Shown one piece after another: positions 20,273 through 29,565 of a stretch of 64,000 nucleotides of DNA (position 1 is its first letter; the number at the start of each line of letters is the position of its first letter). The translations under genes and the position numbers were made by a program. Origin of the DNA: Candidatus Treponema merdequi (lineage in GTDB: Bacteria; Spirochaetota; Spirochaetia; Treponematales; Treponemataceae); assembly GCA_018064525.1 (NCBI GenBank), contig JAGHVB010000010.1:40684-104683 (forward strand). The letters run 5' to 3'. The notes beneath the pieces are model-generated. The model had not been told where the DNA came from, did not search any database, and worked only from the letters and a program-made list of their open reading frames with translations.

Positions 20273-21469
20273 CTATTCTTTTCTGGAATGTACCCAGCGT
20301 CCATCAAAGTTTTTTCCAAGTACGAGAGTAAAATCAACATTACTTACTTCGTCTCCTTCTTTGATAGCCTCTTCTTCAATTTTAGTACAGTGAATGAATT
20401 CACCAATACCTTTCGCAACTTCCGGCTGACCGATATGATCAATGATGTATGTTTCTTCTAATTCATCATCAAAATCAGCATTTGCAATATCAAGAACTTC
20501 AAACGCAGCTCCCTGGAGCAGAATCTGAGTATTGTGAGCAAGTCCCTGAATTTTAGTTCCATTTAAAATACGGATTACATAAGGGCGAGCATTTGCTGTT
20601 CCAGAAGGCGAAATAATTGAGTTGATCGCTTTTTTAACAACATCCTTAATGTATTCTCCGTTTCTAAACGGCATTAAAAGAGTCTTTCCGTCTACTGTAC
20701 TTTCTTTTCCGGTAACAGTAACATATTCGAATCTTTCTGTATCTACCTGAGAAATATACTGAAGAAGTTCCAGCATATCTTCATCTTTTACATTGTAAGA
20801 AAGTCTTGATGTAATTTCCTTAAAATTTTTCTTTGAAAGGAATGTTGATGAATTTGATTTCAATGCTGTAAAGAATGCAACAGTTGCATCCTGTCTTCTT
20901 TCCTGAATATCTCTATCTGACTCATCGTCATAAAAATAAGTCATATAAGTTTTTACTTTATCTCCGTCAAGAGTTACACGACCGCTAGGTAAAAGCCACT
21001 TGTCTCCTGTTGCAGATTCTTTCTCAACCGGAATCGGAATAAAAAGTTCAAGTCCGCCGAACAAGTCGGAAAGTTCTACAAAATCATTCATGGAAACTGT
21101 AATATAAAACGGAATATCAATATTAACAAAGTCTTCAATTTCTGAAAGATAAGAATCAATTCCTTTTTCGGAAAAGACTGCATCAATTCTGTCTACACGG
21201 TCAATTGAAGAATGGAGTCCGCCTGTATTTCCAGGAATATTGACGAGAACTCCTTTACCTGTTACAGGATAGTAAATCAAAACATCCGTAAATAAAGTCT
21301 GATTTTTATCTTCAAGTACAAAAAGAACTTTGATAACAGGATCCTGCTGAAGATTTTCTTTTACAGTGTCCTGCTTTAATGAAAATCCGATTGCCACAAC
21401 AAGAGCTGCAAGTATGATGAAAATTAAAAAAATAAAAATAAAAACTTTTCTATCACCTTTTCTTGTCAT
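20273..21469 (-). CDS. LCP (LytR-CpsA-Psr) family protein with LytR_C domain
   Basis: N-terminal TM, LCP core, C-terminal 'IRILNGTKIQGLA...DFTLVLGKNF'. Confidence 0.85.
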   Translation of the reverse strand: MTRKGDRKVFIFIFLIFIILAALVVAIGFSLKQDTVKENLQQDPVIKVLFVLEDKNQTLFTDVLIYYPVTGKGVLVNIPGNTGGLHSSIDRVDRIDAVFSEKGIDSYLSEIEDFVNIDIPFYITVSMNDFVELSDLFGGLELFIPIPVEKESATGDKWLLPSGRVTLDGDKVKTYMTYFYDDESDRDIQERRQDATVAFFTALKSNSSTFLSKKNFKEITSRLSYNVKDEDMLELLQYISQVDTERFEYVTVTGKESTVDGKTLLMPFRNGEYIKDVVKKAINSIISPSGTANARPYVIRILNGTKIQGLAHNTQILLQGAAFEVLDIANADFDDELEETYIIDHIGQPEVAKGIGEFIHCTKIEEEAIKEGDEVSNVDFTLVLGKNFDGRWVHSRKE

Positions 21470-21493
21470 TATGATTCTCCCGTATTTCTGTTT

Positions 21494-22081
21494 TTATTTA
21501 CTGATATCGCGTTCAAGCTCTTTCATAAATTTCATTGTAAGGCCGCTTACGCTTTTTCCTTTTTTTGCAAGATAATCAAGATTCTCTTTTAACACAGTAT
21601 AAACCATTTCGTTAAGTGGCAATTTTAAAAGTTCATCAAGATAGTCTTTTGTAATGTGTTCACGTCCAGGTTCAATCTTATCTGAAATATATAAAATTTT
21701 TGCAAGATCACAAAGATGCTCTGCACCAAATGTATGGTTTGCAATTGCCTGAATGATTTCTTCGTCTTCTACGCCAAAGTCCTGTCTGATTTTTACGGCA
21801 GCAGCCCTTCCGTGTAAAAGTGATGGTTTGTCTTTTTCAATCTGTGTAATCGGATTTCCGTCTTTTGAAGCAAATTTCATCAGAAGGTCATCATCCATTT
21901 TTTTACACATATCGTGTGCAATACCTGCAAGGTATCCGCGCTTTGGATCAATTCCATTTTTCTCACAAAGTTTTTCACACATCCCGGCAGTTCTGACACT
22001 ATGCTCATAACGGCTTTCATTTACAGCTGCCATTGTATATTTTCTGATTTCTTCAATCTTGTCGTCTAAATTAATCTGCAT
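21494..22081 (-). CDS. yqeK: YqeK HD-domain Ap4A hydrolase
   Basis: RYEHS, HDMCK, LLHG, IANHT, YISDKIEPGR; follows nadD. Confidence 0.9.
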   Translation of the reverse strand: MQINLDDKIEEIRKYTMAAVNESRYEHSVRTAGMCEKLCEKNGIDPKRGYLAGIAHDMCKKMDDDLLMKFASKDGNPITQIEKDKPSLLHGRAAAVKIRQDFGVEDEEIIQAIANHTFGAEHLCDLAKILYISDKIEPGREHITKDYLDELLKLPLNEMVYTVLKENLDYLAKKGKSVSGLTMKFMKELERDISK

Positions 22082-22748
22082 AATCGTATAATTTCTTTTC
22101 TACAATATACTTAAAAACTGCTTCTGGAACAAGATAACGCCATCCTGAACCCGTTGCAATTCTCGCCCTGATTTCTGTTGACGAAACCGGAAGAATTAAA
22201 TTTTTAAGTGGAACATAATGATGATTGAAATTATTAAAGACATTCAAATAGTCTTCATTATTAAAACCGCCTGTATATGCTCCTGTAGATTTATTTTCAA
22301 AACCTTTTGTATCAACACTCTTCGACTGCTGGCGCTGTGCAATAATGATGTCTGTAATTTCTGCAAGTTCGTCTGCACCTTTCCATTTGTCAAACTCGAA
22401 AGCATTTTCCTGTCCCATGATGAGACCAAATTTTCCATCAAGTTCGTCTTTATATTTTTCAATTAAATAATGCACTGTATCAATCGTATATGAAACACCA
22501 CCGCGGTCAATTTCACAAGTATCAACTATAAATCGTTCATCACCTGCAAAAGAATTTTTCAGCATCTGAGCGCGGTCTTCTCCAGATTCGACATGAGCCA
22601 TCTGCTTGTGAGGCGGAATAAATGTCGGAATAAAAATTACTTTGTCATAACCAAGACTTTTGCAGACATCATCAGCAAGAGCAAGATGACCAATGTGAAC
22701 CGGATTAAAAGTTCCACCCAAAATTGCAGCCTTCATAACGCCCTCCAT
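22071..22748 (-). CDS. nadD: Nicotinate-nucleotide adenylyltransferase
   Basis: GGTFNPVHIGH, PPHK, SYTIDT, VSSTEIR; start 22748 or 22736. Confidence 0.95.
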   Translation of the reverse strand: MEGVMKAAILGGTFNPVHIGHLALADDVCKSLGYDKVIFIPTFIPPHKQMAHVESGEDRAQMLKNSFAGDERFIVDTCEIDRGGVSYTIDTVHYLIEKYKDELDGKFGLIMGQENAFEFDKWKGADELAEITDIIIAQRQQSKSVDTKGFENKSTGAYTGGFNNEDYLNVFNNFNHHYVPLKNLILPVSSTEIRARIATGSGWRYLVPEAVFKYIVEKKLYDYAD

Positions 22749-22825
22749 TTATAAATAATATGAAAGATTTGCCCCTGCAAATCTCGAACCAACTCGAAAT
22801 AGTGACATAGCACGCATAGTGTAAT

Positions 22826-23953
22826 TTACGAGTTGGCTGGATATTGAACTTCCCGTTCGTCATCAATTTCTTCGCGTTCCCTCATGAAAGTACTTGTTGA
22901 AAGAATATCTTTTTTGCCAAGCGTAACAGCTCCTTCGCCTTCACTTTCGAGACGGTCAACGAGATCGATTACAGCTTTTCTTGTTGCACCAAGACCTTCA
23001 TTTGCCATTACAGAAATTGCAAGAACGACAGTATCCTTTTCTTCTTTCTTAATCTGTTCAATTACTTCACGAGCTCTTTCTTCTGCACCTTCAACATCAA
23101 TCTTGTTGCAGAGAACAATCCGCGGTTTATTAAACAAATCTTCTGAGAAAGATTTCAATTCACCGCACAAAGTTTTATATGCAGTTAAATAATTTTCATC
23201 TGAAACATCAATCATGAAAATCAAACATGAAGTTCTTGAGATGTGTTTTAAAAATCTGATTCCGAGCCCCGCACCTTCTGAAGCACCTTCGATAATACCC
23301 GGAATATCTGCAATGATAATGTCGCGTTCTTTGTCTGCGTTCAATACGCCGAGGTTTGGAATTTTTGTCGTAAACGGATATGGCGCAATTTTTGGTCTTG
23401 CGTTTGTAAATGCTGTTAAGAGCGAAGATTTTCCAGCATTTGGAAATCCGACTAAACCGACATCTGCCATAATGGAAAGTTCCACGCGAAGCTTTCTTGT
23501 TTCACCCGGAGTTCCTTTGTGAGCGTAGCGAGGGGCCTGATTAGTGGAACTTTTAAAATGTAAATTTCCCCAGCCGCCTTTACCCCCTTTCAAAAATACA
23601 AACTGTTCGTCCTCAGCCTGAGTTGTAAATTCGTATATGAGTTCGTTTGTGTCAGGATCGCGGAGTGTTGTTCCCGGTGGAACTGGAATAATTGTATCTT
23701 CTCCGTCGCGGCCATATTTGTTCCAGCTCTGACCGTCAGATCCGTTTTTTGCTTTGATGATAGGATGATATCTTAATGCTGCAAGAGTACGAAGATTTCT
23801 TTTGCAGACAAAAATAATATCGCCGCCATCACCGCCGTCGCCGCCGGATGGTCCGCCGTTAGGAACATATTTTTCCCTTCGGAATGAGATACAGCCGTTG
23901 CCGCCTTTTCCACTTGTAACTTCGATTAAAGCCTCATCTGCAAAACCTATCAT
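22826..23953 (-). CDS. obgE: GTPase ObgE/CgtA
   Basis: GKGGNG..FRREKYVPNGGPSGGDGG, GFPNAGKSS, YPFTT, DIPG, NKID. Confidence 0.97.
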   Translation of the reverse strand: MIGFADEALIEVTSGKGGNGCISFRREKYVPNGGPSGGDGGDGGDIIFVCKRNLRTLAALRYHPIIKAKNGSDGQSWNKYGRDGEDTIIPVPPGTTLRDPDTNELIYEFTTQAEDEQFVFLKGGKGGWGNLHFKSSTNQAPRYAHKGTPGETRKLRVELSIMADVGLVGFPNAGKSSLLTAFTNARPKIAPYPFTTKIPNLGVLNADKERDIIIADIPGIIEGASEGAGLGIRFLKHISRTSCLIFMIDVSDENYLTAYKTLCGELKSFSEDLFNKPRIVLCNKIDVEGAEERAREVIEQIKKEEKDTVVLAISVMANEGLGATRKAVIDLVDRLESEGEGAVTLGKKDILSTSTFMREREEIDDEREVQYPANS

Positions 23954-24007
23954 GATTACCTCAAAAAAAAATATTCGTGACTAAAAAACAGCCACCAAAA
24001 TTTAATC

Positions 24008-24040
24008 AAAAAAAATACCCGGTTAGGATTCTACCGGGCA
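24008..24040 (-). terminator. Intrinsic terminator after rpmA
   Basis: TGCCCGGT..ACCGGGTA hairpin followed by T-run on minus strand. Confidence 0.75.
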
Positions 24041-24066
24041 TTCAACTTAAAAAAGCTTAAACTTAA

Positions 24067-24318
24067 TTATGCTTTAACTACAGAAACGATTTTTCTGTTT
24101 TTGCTTTCACCGTAAACTACTTTTCCGTCTACTGTAGCAAAAAGGCTGTCGTCTCCAGCTTTCTGAACATTGTCGCCTGGGTGGAAATGTGTTCCACGCT
24201 GTTTTACAATGATTGCTCCTGCTGTTACTGTTTCTCCAGCATATTTTTTAACGCCAAGGTGTTTTGGATTAGAATCGCGTCCGTTTTTTGCACCGCTTCC
24301 GCCTCTAGTTCTTCCCAT
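24067..24318 (-). CDS. rpmA: 50S ribosomal protein L27 (no N-terminal extension)
   Basis: [30 protein letters not shown]. Confidence 0.96.
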   Translation of the reverse strand: MGRTRGGSGAKNGRDSNPKHLGVKKYAGETVTAGAIIVKQRGTHFHPGDNVQKAGDDSLFATVDGKVVYGESKNRKIVSVVKA

Positions 24319-24319
24319 A

Positions 24320-24661
24320 TTAGTCCTCCAACTTAAAGTCTAATTTTACGTTTTGTGGAAACTCTTCTGAAAGAGATTCAAAACCTTCTTTCAAAAAATC
24401 TCCTATTGTCGAAAGGCGTTCTTTTAATTTTGAATCGTCTTTCAAAACCCTTGCTTCAAAGCTAAGATAGCCTCGCAAGGAAGTATCTGTCTTTAACTCA
24501 ATTCCACTTGTATCAGAAAGAAGACCGATTGCAGTGCGCATCAAAATTGTTACTGCACTGCAGACAATGTCTTTTCCTTTTTCAGCAAACCCTGAATGCC
24601 CTTCGGAAACAGTATGAAGAGCGCTTCCATCGTTTGCCTTAACAAGTAAAACTTTTGTCAT
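24320..24661 (-). CDS. prp: Ribosomal-processing cysteine protease (Prp/DUF464)
   Basis: [14 protein letters not shown] motif; located between rplU and rpmA. Confidence 0.85.
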   Translation of the reverse strand: MTKVLLVKANDGSALHTVSEGHSGFAEKGKDIVCSAVTILMRTAIGLLSDTSGIELKTDTSLRGYLSFEARVLKDDSKLKERLSTIGDFLKEGFESLSEEFPQNVKLDFKLED

Positions 24662-24972
24662 TAGCCAACGATTTCTTCAACACGTACGTTTGTGTACTGC
24701 TGTCTGTGGCCGATCATACGGTGGTAGTCTTTCTTGCTCTTGTATTTCAAAACAAGAACTTTTTTGTCTTTGAAAGAATCTTCAACTACTACTGAAACTT
24801 TAGCGCCTTTTACGTATGGAGCTCCAACTGAAACTTTGTCTCCATCGCTTACGAGAAGAACAGATTCGATGTCGATTTTAGCACCTTTTTCAGCGTCGAT
24901 TTTGTCAACCTGAAGGAGGGCACCTTTTTCTGCTTTATACTGTTTTCCCTTATATTCAACAAGTGCGTACAT
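24661..24972 (-). CDS. rplU: 50S ribosomal protein L21
   Basis: MYALVEYKGKQYKA..GAPYV..GHRQQYT; SD GAGGT. Confidence 0.96.
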   Translation of the reverse strand: MYALVEYKGKQYKAEKGALLQVDKIDAEKGAKIDIESVLLVSDGDKVSVGAPYVKGAKVSVVVEDSFKDKKVLVLKYKSKKDYHRMIGHRQQYTNVRVEEIVG

Positions 24973-25057
24973 AAAAAATAACCTCACTTAAAAATTGTTT
25001 ACAATTACCATAGTATTAAACGGGGATTTATACGACAGGCATATTAATGTAGAATGA

Positions 25058-25137
25058 ATAATATCAGAATTCGGGAGCCTTGGTCAATAGAATTAAGGGG
25101 AATTTGGGATAAGTTATGTGGAATTTGGGTGGAATTT
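25058..25137 (-). promoter_or_regulatory. Putative sigma70 promoter of rplU operon with upstream AAATTCCAC repeats
   Basis: TTGACC (25082-87)-18-TATTAT (25058-63); motif copies at 25118-26 and 25129-37. Confidence 0.55.
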
Positions 25138-25234
25138 TGATTAATACGGAATGGGTGATGCGGAATTCGAAATTTTGATGTTTTGAGGAAATTAAGGTGA
25201 TTTTGAGGTTAGATGTGGGTTTGGGAGATAATTA

Positions 25235-25384
25235 TTGCCACACGGATGAGGCCGCTACGCTGTTCGGGCTACGGCCTCACGCTAAAGACAGATATACCAT
25301 TCGATTAATTAATATCTAAAAAGGGCTGTTTCTTTAGGGTGACGTAGTATGCGCCACAGCGTAGCGCACTCATCCGTGTGGCAA
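25235..25384. repeat. 150-bp palindromic (REP/MITE-like) element
   Basis: 29-bp terminal inverted repeats with 2 mismatches (TTGCCACACGGATGAG.. / ..CTCATCCGTGTGGCAA) and further internal pairing. Confidence 0.7.
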
Positions 25385-25408
25385 AAAAACTCTATTCTTC
25401 GAGCCGTG

Positions 25409-25492
25409 GCGAGATTTGGCAATCTCGTTTTATTCACTTCCCGAAATTTCTCCCTTCTTCGAGATTGCACAAGTTTTGCTAACGCAAAACTT
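25409..25492. repeat. GCAATCTCG/CGAGATTGC palindromic element with AAGTTTTGC-TAAC-GCAAAACTT hairpin
   Basis: Inverted 9-mers at 25419-27 and 25460-68; perfect 9-bp hairpin at 25471-92. Confidence 0.55.
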
Positions 25493-25588
25493 TTCGTCTA
25501 TGGTCACAACCTCTCTTTTTATGACTATCATTTATTTTAAAGGAGTTCAAAACCTGCCATTTGTGTATGTACTTACATCGTTTTAAGC

Positions 25589-25621
25589 AAAAAAAAATCT
25601 CTGGTATAAACCAGAGATTTT
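25589..25621 (-). terminator. Intrinsic terminator after tRNA-Asn
   Basis: AAATCTCTGGT..ACCAGAGATTT stem plus T-run. Confidence 0.8.
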
Positions 25622-25694
25622 CGCCCGCTGCAGGTTTTGAACCTGCGACACATGGATTAACAGTCCATTGCTCTACCAGCTGAGCTAAGCGAGC
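25622..25694 (-). tRNA. tRNA-Asn (GTT), CCA not encoded
   Basis: Acceptor GCTCGCT/AGCGGGC, anticodon arm ATGGA-CTGTTAA-TCCAT, T-arm GCAGG-TTCAAAA-CCTGC; upstream TTGACA-17-TATATT. Confidence 0.95.
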
Positions 25695-25786
25695 AGCTAT
25701 TCGTATTGAACAGTGAAAATATATCAAAATGAAAAAATTATGTCAACAGGATTAAGAAGAATATTTTTCATTTTAAATTCGGAGAA

Positions 25787-27373
25787 TTACTCAGAACGGG
25801 CAATTGAGGCAAGTTCCCTGGCCTGACGGGAAACTCTGGCAGAAACTGTTGTTACGGAATTTAATGTTGAAAGGACAGATACATTTTTATTTTTGATTAA
25901 TGCAGAATCTGTACTTAATACCATTAAAGATTCCTTGAGCTTATTCTGTACATCAAGAAGTTTTACCTGAGATTTGGAAATGCTGTCACCTTCTTCCCTT
26001 ATTTTTGCAGAATGTTCATCAAGATGTCTGATTGCTTCAAGAACATTCTGTCCGTTTTTTGCAAGATGTTCTGTTGCAGCTGCCATTGCCTGGCATGACT
26101 GAACAGAAAGCTGAACTTTATTTTCAATTTCATTAAATGAACTCTTTGTACTGTCACTTTGTTTTGTAACTATTGCAATGCAGTCTGTTACATTATGAAG
26201 CTGAAGATCAATTTCATGAGAATTCTTTGCAGAGTTGTCTGCAAGTTTTCTGATTTCTTCTGCAACTACTGCAAATCCTTTTCCGGCCTCTCCTGCATGA
26301 GCCGCTTCAATTCCGGCATTCATAGCAAGAAGATTTGTCTGAGCAGAAATTGTATCAAGTACGCTCAAAATTCCCTGAATAGCTTTAATACTAATTTCTA
26401 CCTGCTTAATATTTTCAAGAAGTTCGGCAAGTTTTTTTCTTCCCTCTTCAGAAGTGTCTGCAAGAAGATTCAGTGCATCGCGTTCCTTTGATGTAGAATC
26501 TGCAACAGTACGAACAGCAGAAATCATTTCACCGACACATTCACTTGACTGCTGCTGGGAAGAAACCATTTCCTGAATGTAAGAATTCAGATCTTCAATA
26601 TTTTTTCCGATTGCATTTGTTGCAGCAAGAGATGTATCAGCACCTTCATCAATTATGTTGACGCGGTTGTCGATATCGTTCATTGATGAGACAGAATCAT
26701 TTACAAGGCGTTCAATATTATCTACCTGATTTGTAAGATTACTGATTGATTCAAAGTTGTCTGCAGCCCCCTGGACAATCTTTGAAATATGTTCAAGCTG
26801 ATGTTCTGAATTTCGCTTTTCTTCAACAAGATCATCCGACTGCTTTTTTGCAAGATTTGCAAACTGAAAAAACAGCAGACATGTAAGACTGTACATAAGA
26901 AGTTCCATCACAAGCATCGTAAACACAGAAGAAGCTTCAAATCCAGCCGGAATCAGAAAGAATACTCCAAACACAATCTGAACCGGAATCATCAGCATAG
27001 CTCCATAAATTGCAATCTTTAAATTGCTGACAAAAACGATTGCCATTCCGAGAGACAAAAGATGATATGCCTCATTTCTATAAAACAGGACAGGTCCCGT
27101 TGGTTTAACAATGAATGACATTAAAGACATCAAAACATAACATGAAATCACAACAATATGCGAAGCTGCCGCATAATGTTTTCCAAGATAAGAAATTAAT
27201 GCTATCAGCATAGGAATAAAAAAAGCAAGTTCAACAAGTGCATTAATAACGTCATTTTTTTTGAATATTTCCAGTGCAGCAAGCACAGGAATAATTATCA
27301 GACAGATGATGATAATCACAAGCAAAAGTTTGTTTTTGCGTGTCTGAGCCGCGTTAATATTGATAGTTTCCAT
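25787..27373 (-). CDS. Methyl-accepting chemotaxis protein with multi-TM sensor
   Basis: About 6 N-terminal TM helices; [34 protein letters not shown]. Confidence 0.93.
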   Translation of the reverse strand: METININAAQTRKNKLLLVIIIICLIIIPVLAALEIFKKNDVINALVELAFFIPMLIALISYLGKHYAAASHIVVISCYVLMSLMSFIVKPTGPVLFYRNEAYHLLSLGMAIVFVSNLKIAIYGAMLMIPVQIVFGVFFLIPAGFEASSVFTMLVMELLMYSLTCLLFFQFANLAKKQSDDLVEEKRNSEHQLEHISKIVQGAADNFESISNLTNQVDNIERLVNDSVSSMNDIDNRVNIIDEGADTSLAATNAIGKNIEDLNSYIQEMVSSQQQSSECVGEMISAVRTVADSTSKERDALNLLADTSEEGRKKLAELLENIKQVEISIKAIQGILSVLDTISAQTNLLAMNAGIEAAHAGEAGKGFAVVAEEIRKLADNSAKNSHEIDLQLHNVTDCIAIVTKQSDSTKSSFNEIENKVQLSVQSCQAMAAATEHLAKNGQNVLEAIRHLDEHSAKIREEGDSISKSQVKLLDVQNKLKESLMVLSTDSALIKNKNVSVLSTLNSVTTVSARVSRQARELASIARSE

Positions 27374-27449
27374 AAAAAGGAATTATATATCCAAATTTTA
27401 TTTTTTACAAACTTTTCAAAATGATGATTTATTTGATATAATGAAAGAT

Positions 27450-28277
27450 ATGTTAACGGCGTCAATTGTCATTTATAATACAAAAAAAGAACTTCTGGAC
27501 AGCGTTTTGGATTCCGTGCTTAAGAGCAGAATTGTCGACCGGCTTTTTATCATTGACAATGCTCCGGAAGAAAAAAATAAAGAAATTCTTAAAAAATCAA
27601 AAATCATCGAATACATTCCGCACGAAAACACAGGCTACGGTTCTTCACATAATATTGCTCTGAAAAAATCAATTGAACTTGGCGCAGACTACCATGTAAT
27701 TTTAAATCCCGACATCAGATTTGAAAAAAATGTCTTAAAAGATCTAGTTTCTTTTATGGAACTTAATAAAGACGCTGTCTATGTCCTGCCGAAAGTTACT
27801 TATGCAAATGGTGAACTTCAATATCTTTGCAAACTTCTGCCAGCACCTTCAGATTTATTTTTAAGAAGATTTTTACCAAAAACAAAATGGACAGAAAAAA
27901 AGAATGACAGATATACATTAAAACATTCCGGATATGACAAGCTTCTTAATGCGCCGTGTCTTTCGGGCTGCTTTATGTTTTTAAGATGTTCTGCATTAAA
28001 AGAAAACGACATTTTCTTTGATGACAGATTTTTTATGTATTTTGAAGATTTTGATTTAATCAGAAGACTTCACAGAATTGGAAAAACTTATTACAACCCT
28101 TCCGTAACAATCATTCACGACCATGCGCGTGAATCTTATAAAAACAAAAAGATGCTTAAAATTCACATTCAGTCTGCAATTAAATATTTTAATAAATACG
28201 GATGGTTCTTTGACAGAGAACGAAAAATAATAAACAGACAGATTTTACAGGAAATTGACTTACTGAATAATAAATAA
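27450..28277 (+). CDS. Family 2 glycosyltransferase (rhamnosyltransferase-like)
   Basis: ASIVIYN, IIDNA, NTGYGSSHN, LNPD, FMYFEDFDL; start 27450 lies 7 nt after TGATATAAT (27441 is an alternative). Confidence 0.88.
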   Translation: MLTASIVIYNTKKELLDSVLDSVLKSRIVDRLFIIDNAPEEKNKEILKKSKIIEYIPHENTGYGSSHNIALKKSIELGADYHVILNPDIRFEKNVLKDLVSFMELNKDAVYVLPKVTYANGELQYLCKLLPAPSDLFLRRFLPKTKWTEKKNDRYTLKHSGYDKLLNAPCLSGCFMFLRCSALKENDIFFDDRFFMYFEDFDLIRRLHRIGKTYYNPSVTIIHDHARESYKNKKMLKIHIQSAIKYFNKYGWFFDRERKIINRQILQEIDLLNNK

Positions 28278-28298
28278 TATTGAAAAGGAAAAAATAAA

Positions 28299-29075
28299 AT
28301 GAAAAAAATCTTGGCAATTATTTTAGGAATGGCAGCAACAACTTGTTCACTTTTTGCACAGAATAAGGACATTGAAAAAATTGACAGAATTCTTTCGATG
28401 ATGTCTGAACGTGCTCAAAAAGAAATCAAGATTGAAAACAAAGAAGAATTTCTTTCTGATTTAAAGACTGTTCTTGCAGAAGAGAAAAAATACAATCCAG
28501 AGGATATCGATTTATATTACCTCATCGACAAAAAACATTACGCTGTTGTGGGCTATATTCCAAAAGACTTAAAGCCGCTTGTTCAGAATGATGTTTACGG
28601 AATCAGCAGAAATGATTTATCTCTCAGAACTGATGTAGAAAAGGAACTTGTAAAACTTTGTGAAGCAGCAAACAAGGAAGGAATCTGGATTGTCGTAAGT
28701 TCAACTTACAGAAGTTATGACTATCAGGATAAGTTGTTTCAAAAATGGGTCCGAATTGACGGTCTTGAACAGGCAGAACGGGAAAGTGCACGTCCAGGAA
28801 CAAGCCAGCATCAGCTCGGAACTGCAATTGATTTCGGTTCCGTAACACATGACTACATCAATACAAAACCCGGAAAATGGCTCGATGAAAATGCATACAA
28901 ATACGGATGGTCACTTTCTTTTCCACGCGGATATGAAGATATAACCGGTTACATGCACGAATGCTGGCATTACCGTTTTATAGGAATTCCGGCCTGTATG
29001 ATGCAGAAAAAATATTTTAATAACGTTCAGCAGTATTTACTTGAATTTATTGATTTCTGGAAGAAAATTCATTAA
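28299..29075 (+). CDS. D-Ala-D-Ala carboxypeptidase, M15B/VanY family
   Basis: Signal peptide, STYRSY, SARPGTSQHQLGTAIDF, ECWHYRF. Confidence 0.9.
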   Translation: MKKILAIILGMAATTCSLFAQNKDIEKIDRILSMMSERAQKEIKIENKEEFLSDLKTVLAEEKKYNPEDIDLYYLIDKKHYAVVGYIPKDLKPLVQNDVYGISRNDLSLRTDVEKELVKLCEAANKEGIWIVVSSTYRSYDYQDKLFQKWVRIDGLEQAERESARPGTSQHQLGTAIDFGSVTHDYINTKPGKWLDENAYKYGWSLSFPRGYEDITGYMHECWHYRFIGIPACMMQKKYFNNVQQYLLEFIDFWKKIH

Positions 29076-29565
29076 TCCATTCACAAAGAATTTCAGAAGC
29101 GTCTGCGCACAATTCACTGCAAGGACGCTTTTTATAATACTCTGAAGTTCTTTCTTCACTCACAGGATTTTCTGCAACATGCTCAATGGGAGTCTTGTTC
29201 TTAAAAGCATCTTCACTTTGTCCGACAGGTACAAGGCCTAAAAGTTCACGGCAGACAATTGAACAGTTTTTCTGACGAAATTTCTGACATAATTCCTGCA
29301 CAGTCTGATATAGTCTGTCTTTAGTTTCTTTGTCAGAAGGATTTTCTGTTCCTTCGAAAGAAGACAGAGCTAAAATCATTCCGCTTACAGCACCGCAAAC
29401 TTCACGCTGTCTTCCCATTCCACCGCCAAAACCCTGAGAAATTTTTAATGCAGTATTTCTGTCAATTCCAGCCATCTCTGCAAAAACTGCAAACACTGAC
29501 TGTGCACAGTTAAAACCGCCTGTAAAATTTTCAACCGCTTTATTGCGTGCTTCTTCTACTGTCAT
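29047..29565 (-). CDS. C_GCAxxG_C_C family putative redox protein
   Basis: FNCAQSV, CGAVSG, CRELL, PC. Confidence 0.85.
   Translation of the reverse strand: MTVEEARNKAVENFTGGFNCAQSVFAVFAEMAGIDRNTALKISQGFGGGMGRQREVCGAVSGMILALSSFEGTENPSDKETKDRLYQTVQELCQKFRQKNCSIVCRELLGLVPVGQSEDAFKNKTPIEHVAENPVSEERTSEYYKKRPCSELCADASEILCEWINEFSSRNQ

Noticed and set aside
24973-24987. Upstream GTG giving L21 an MRLFF extension resembling a Prp cleavage site
   Set aside because: The GTG is part of the GAGGT SD for ATG 24972 and has no SD of its own
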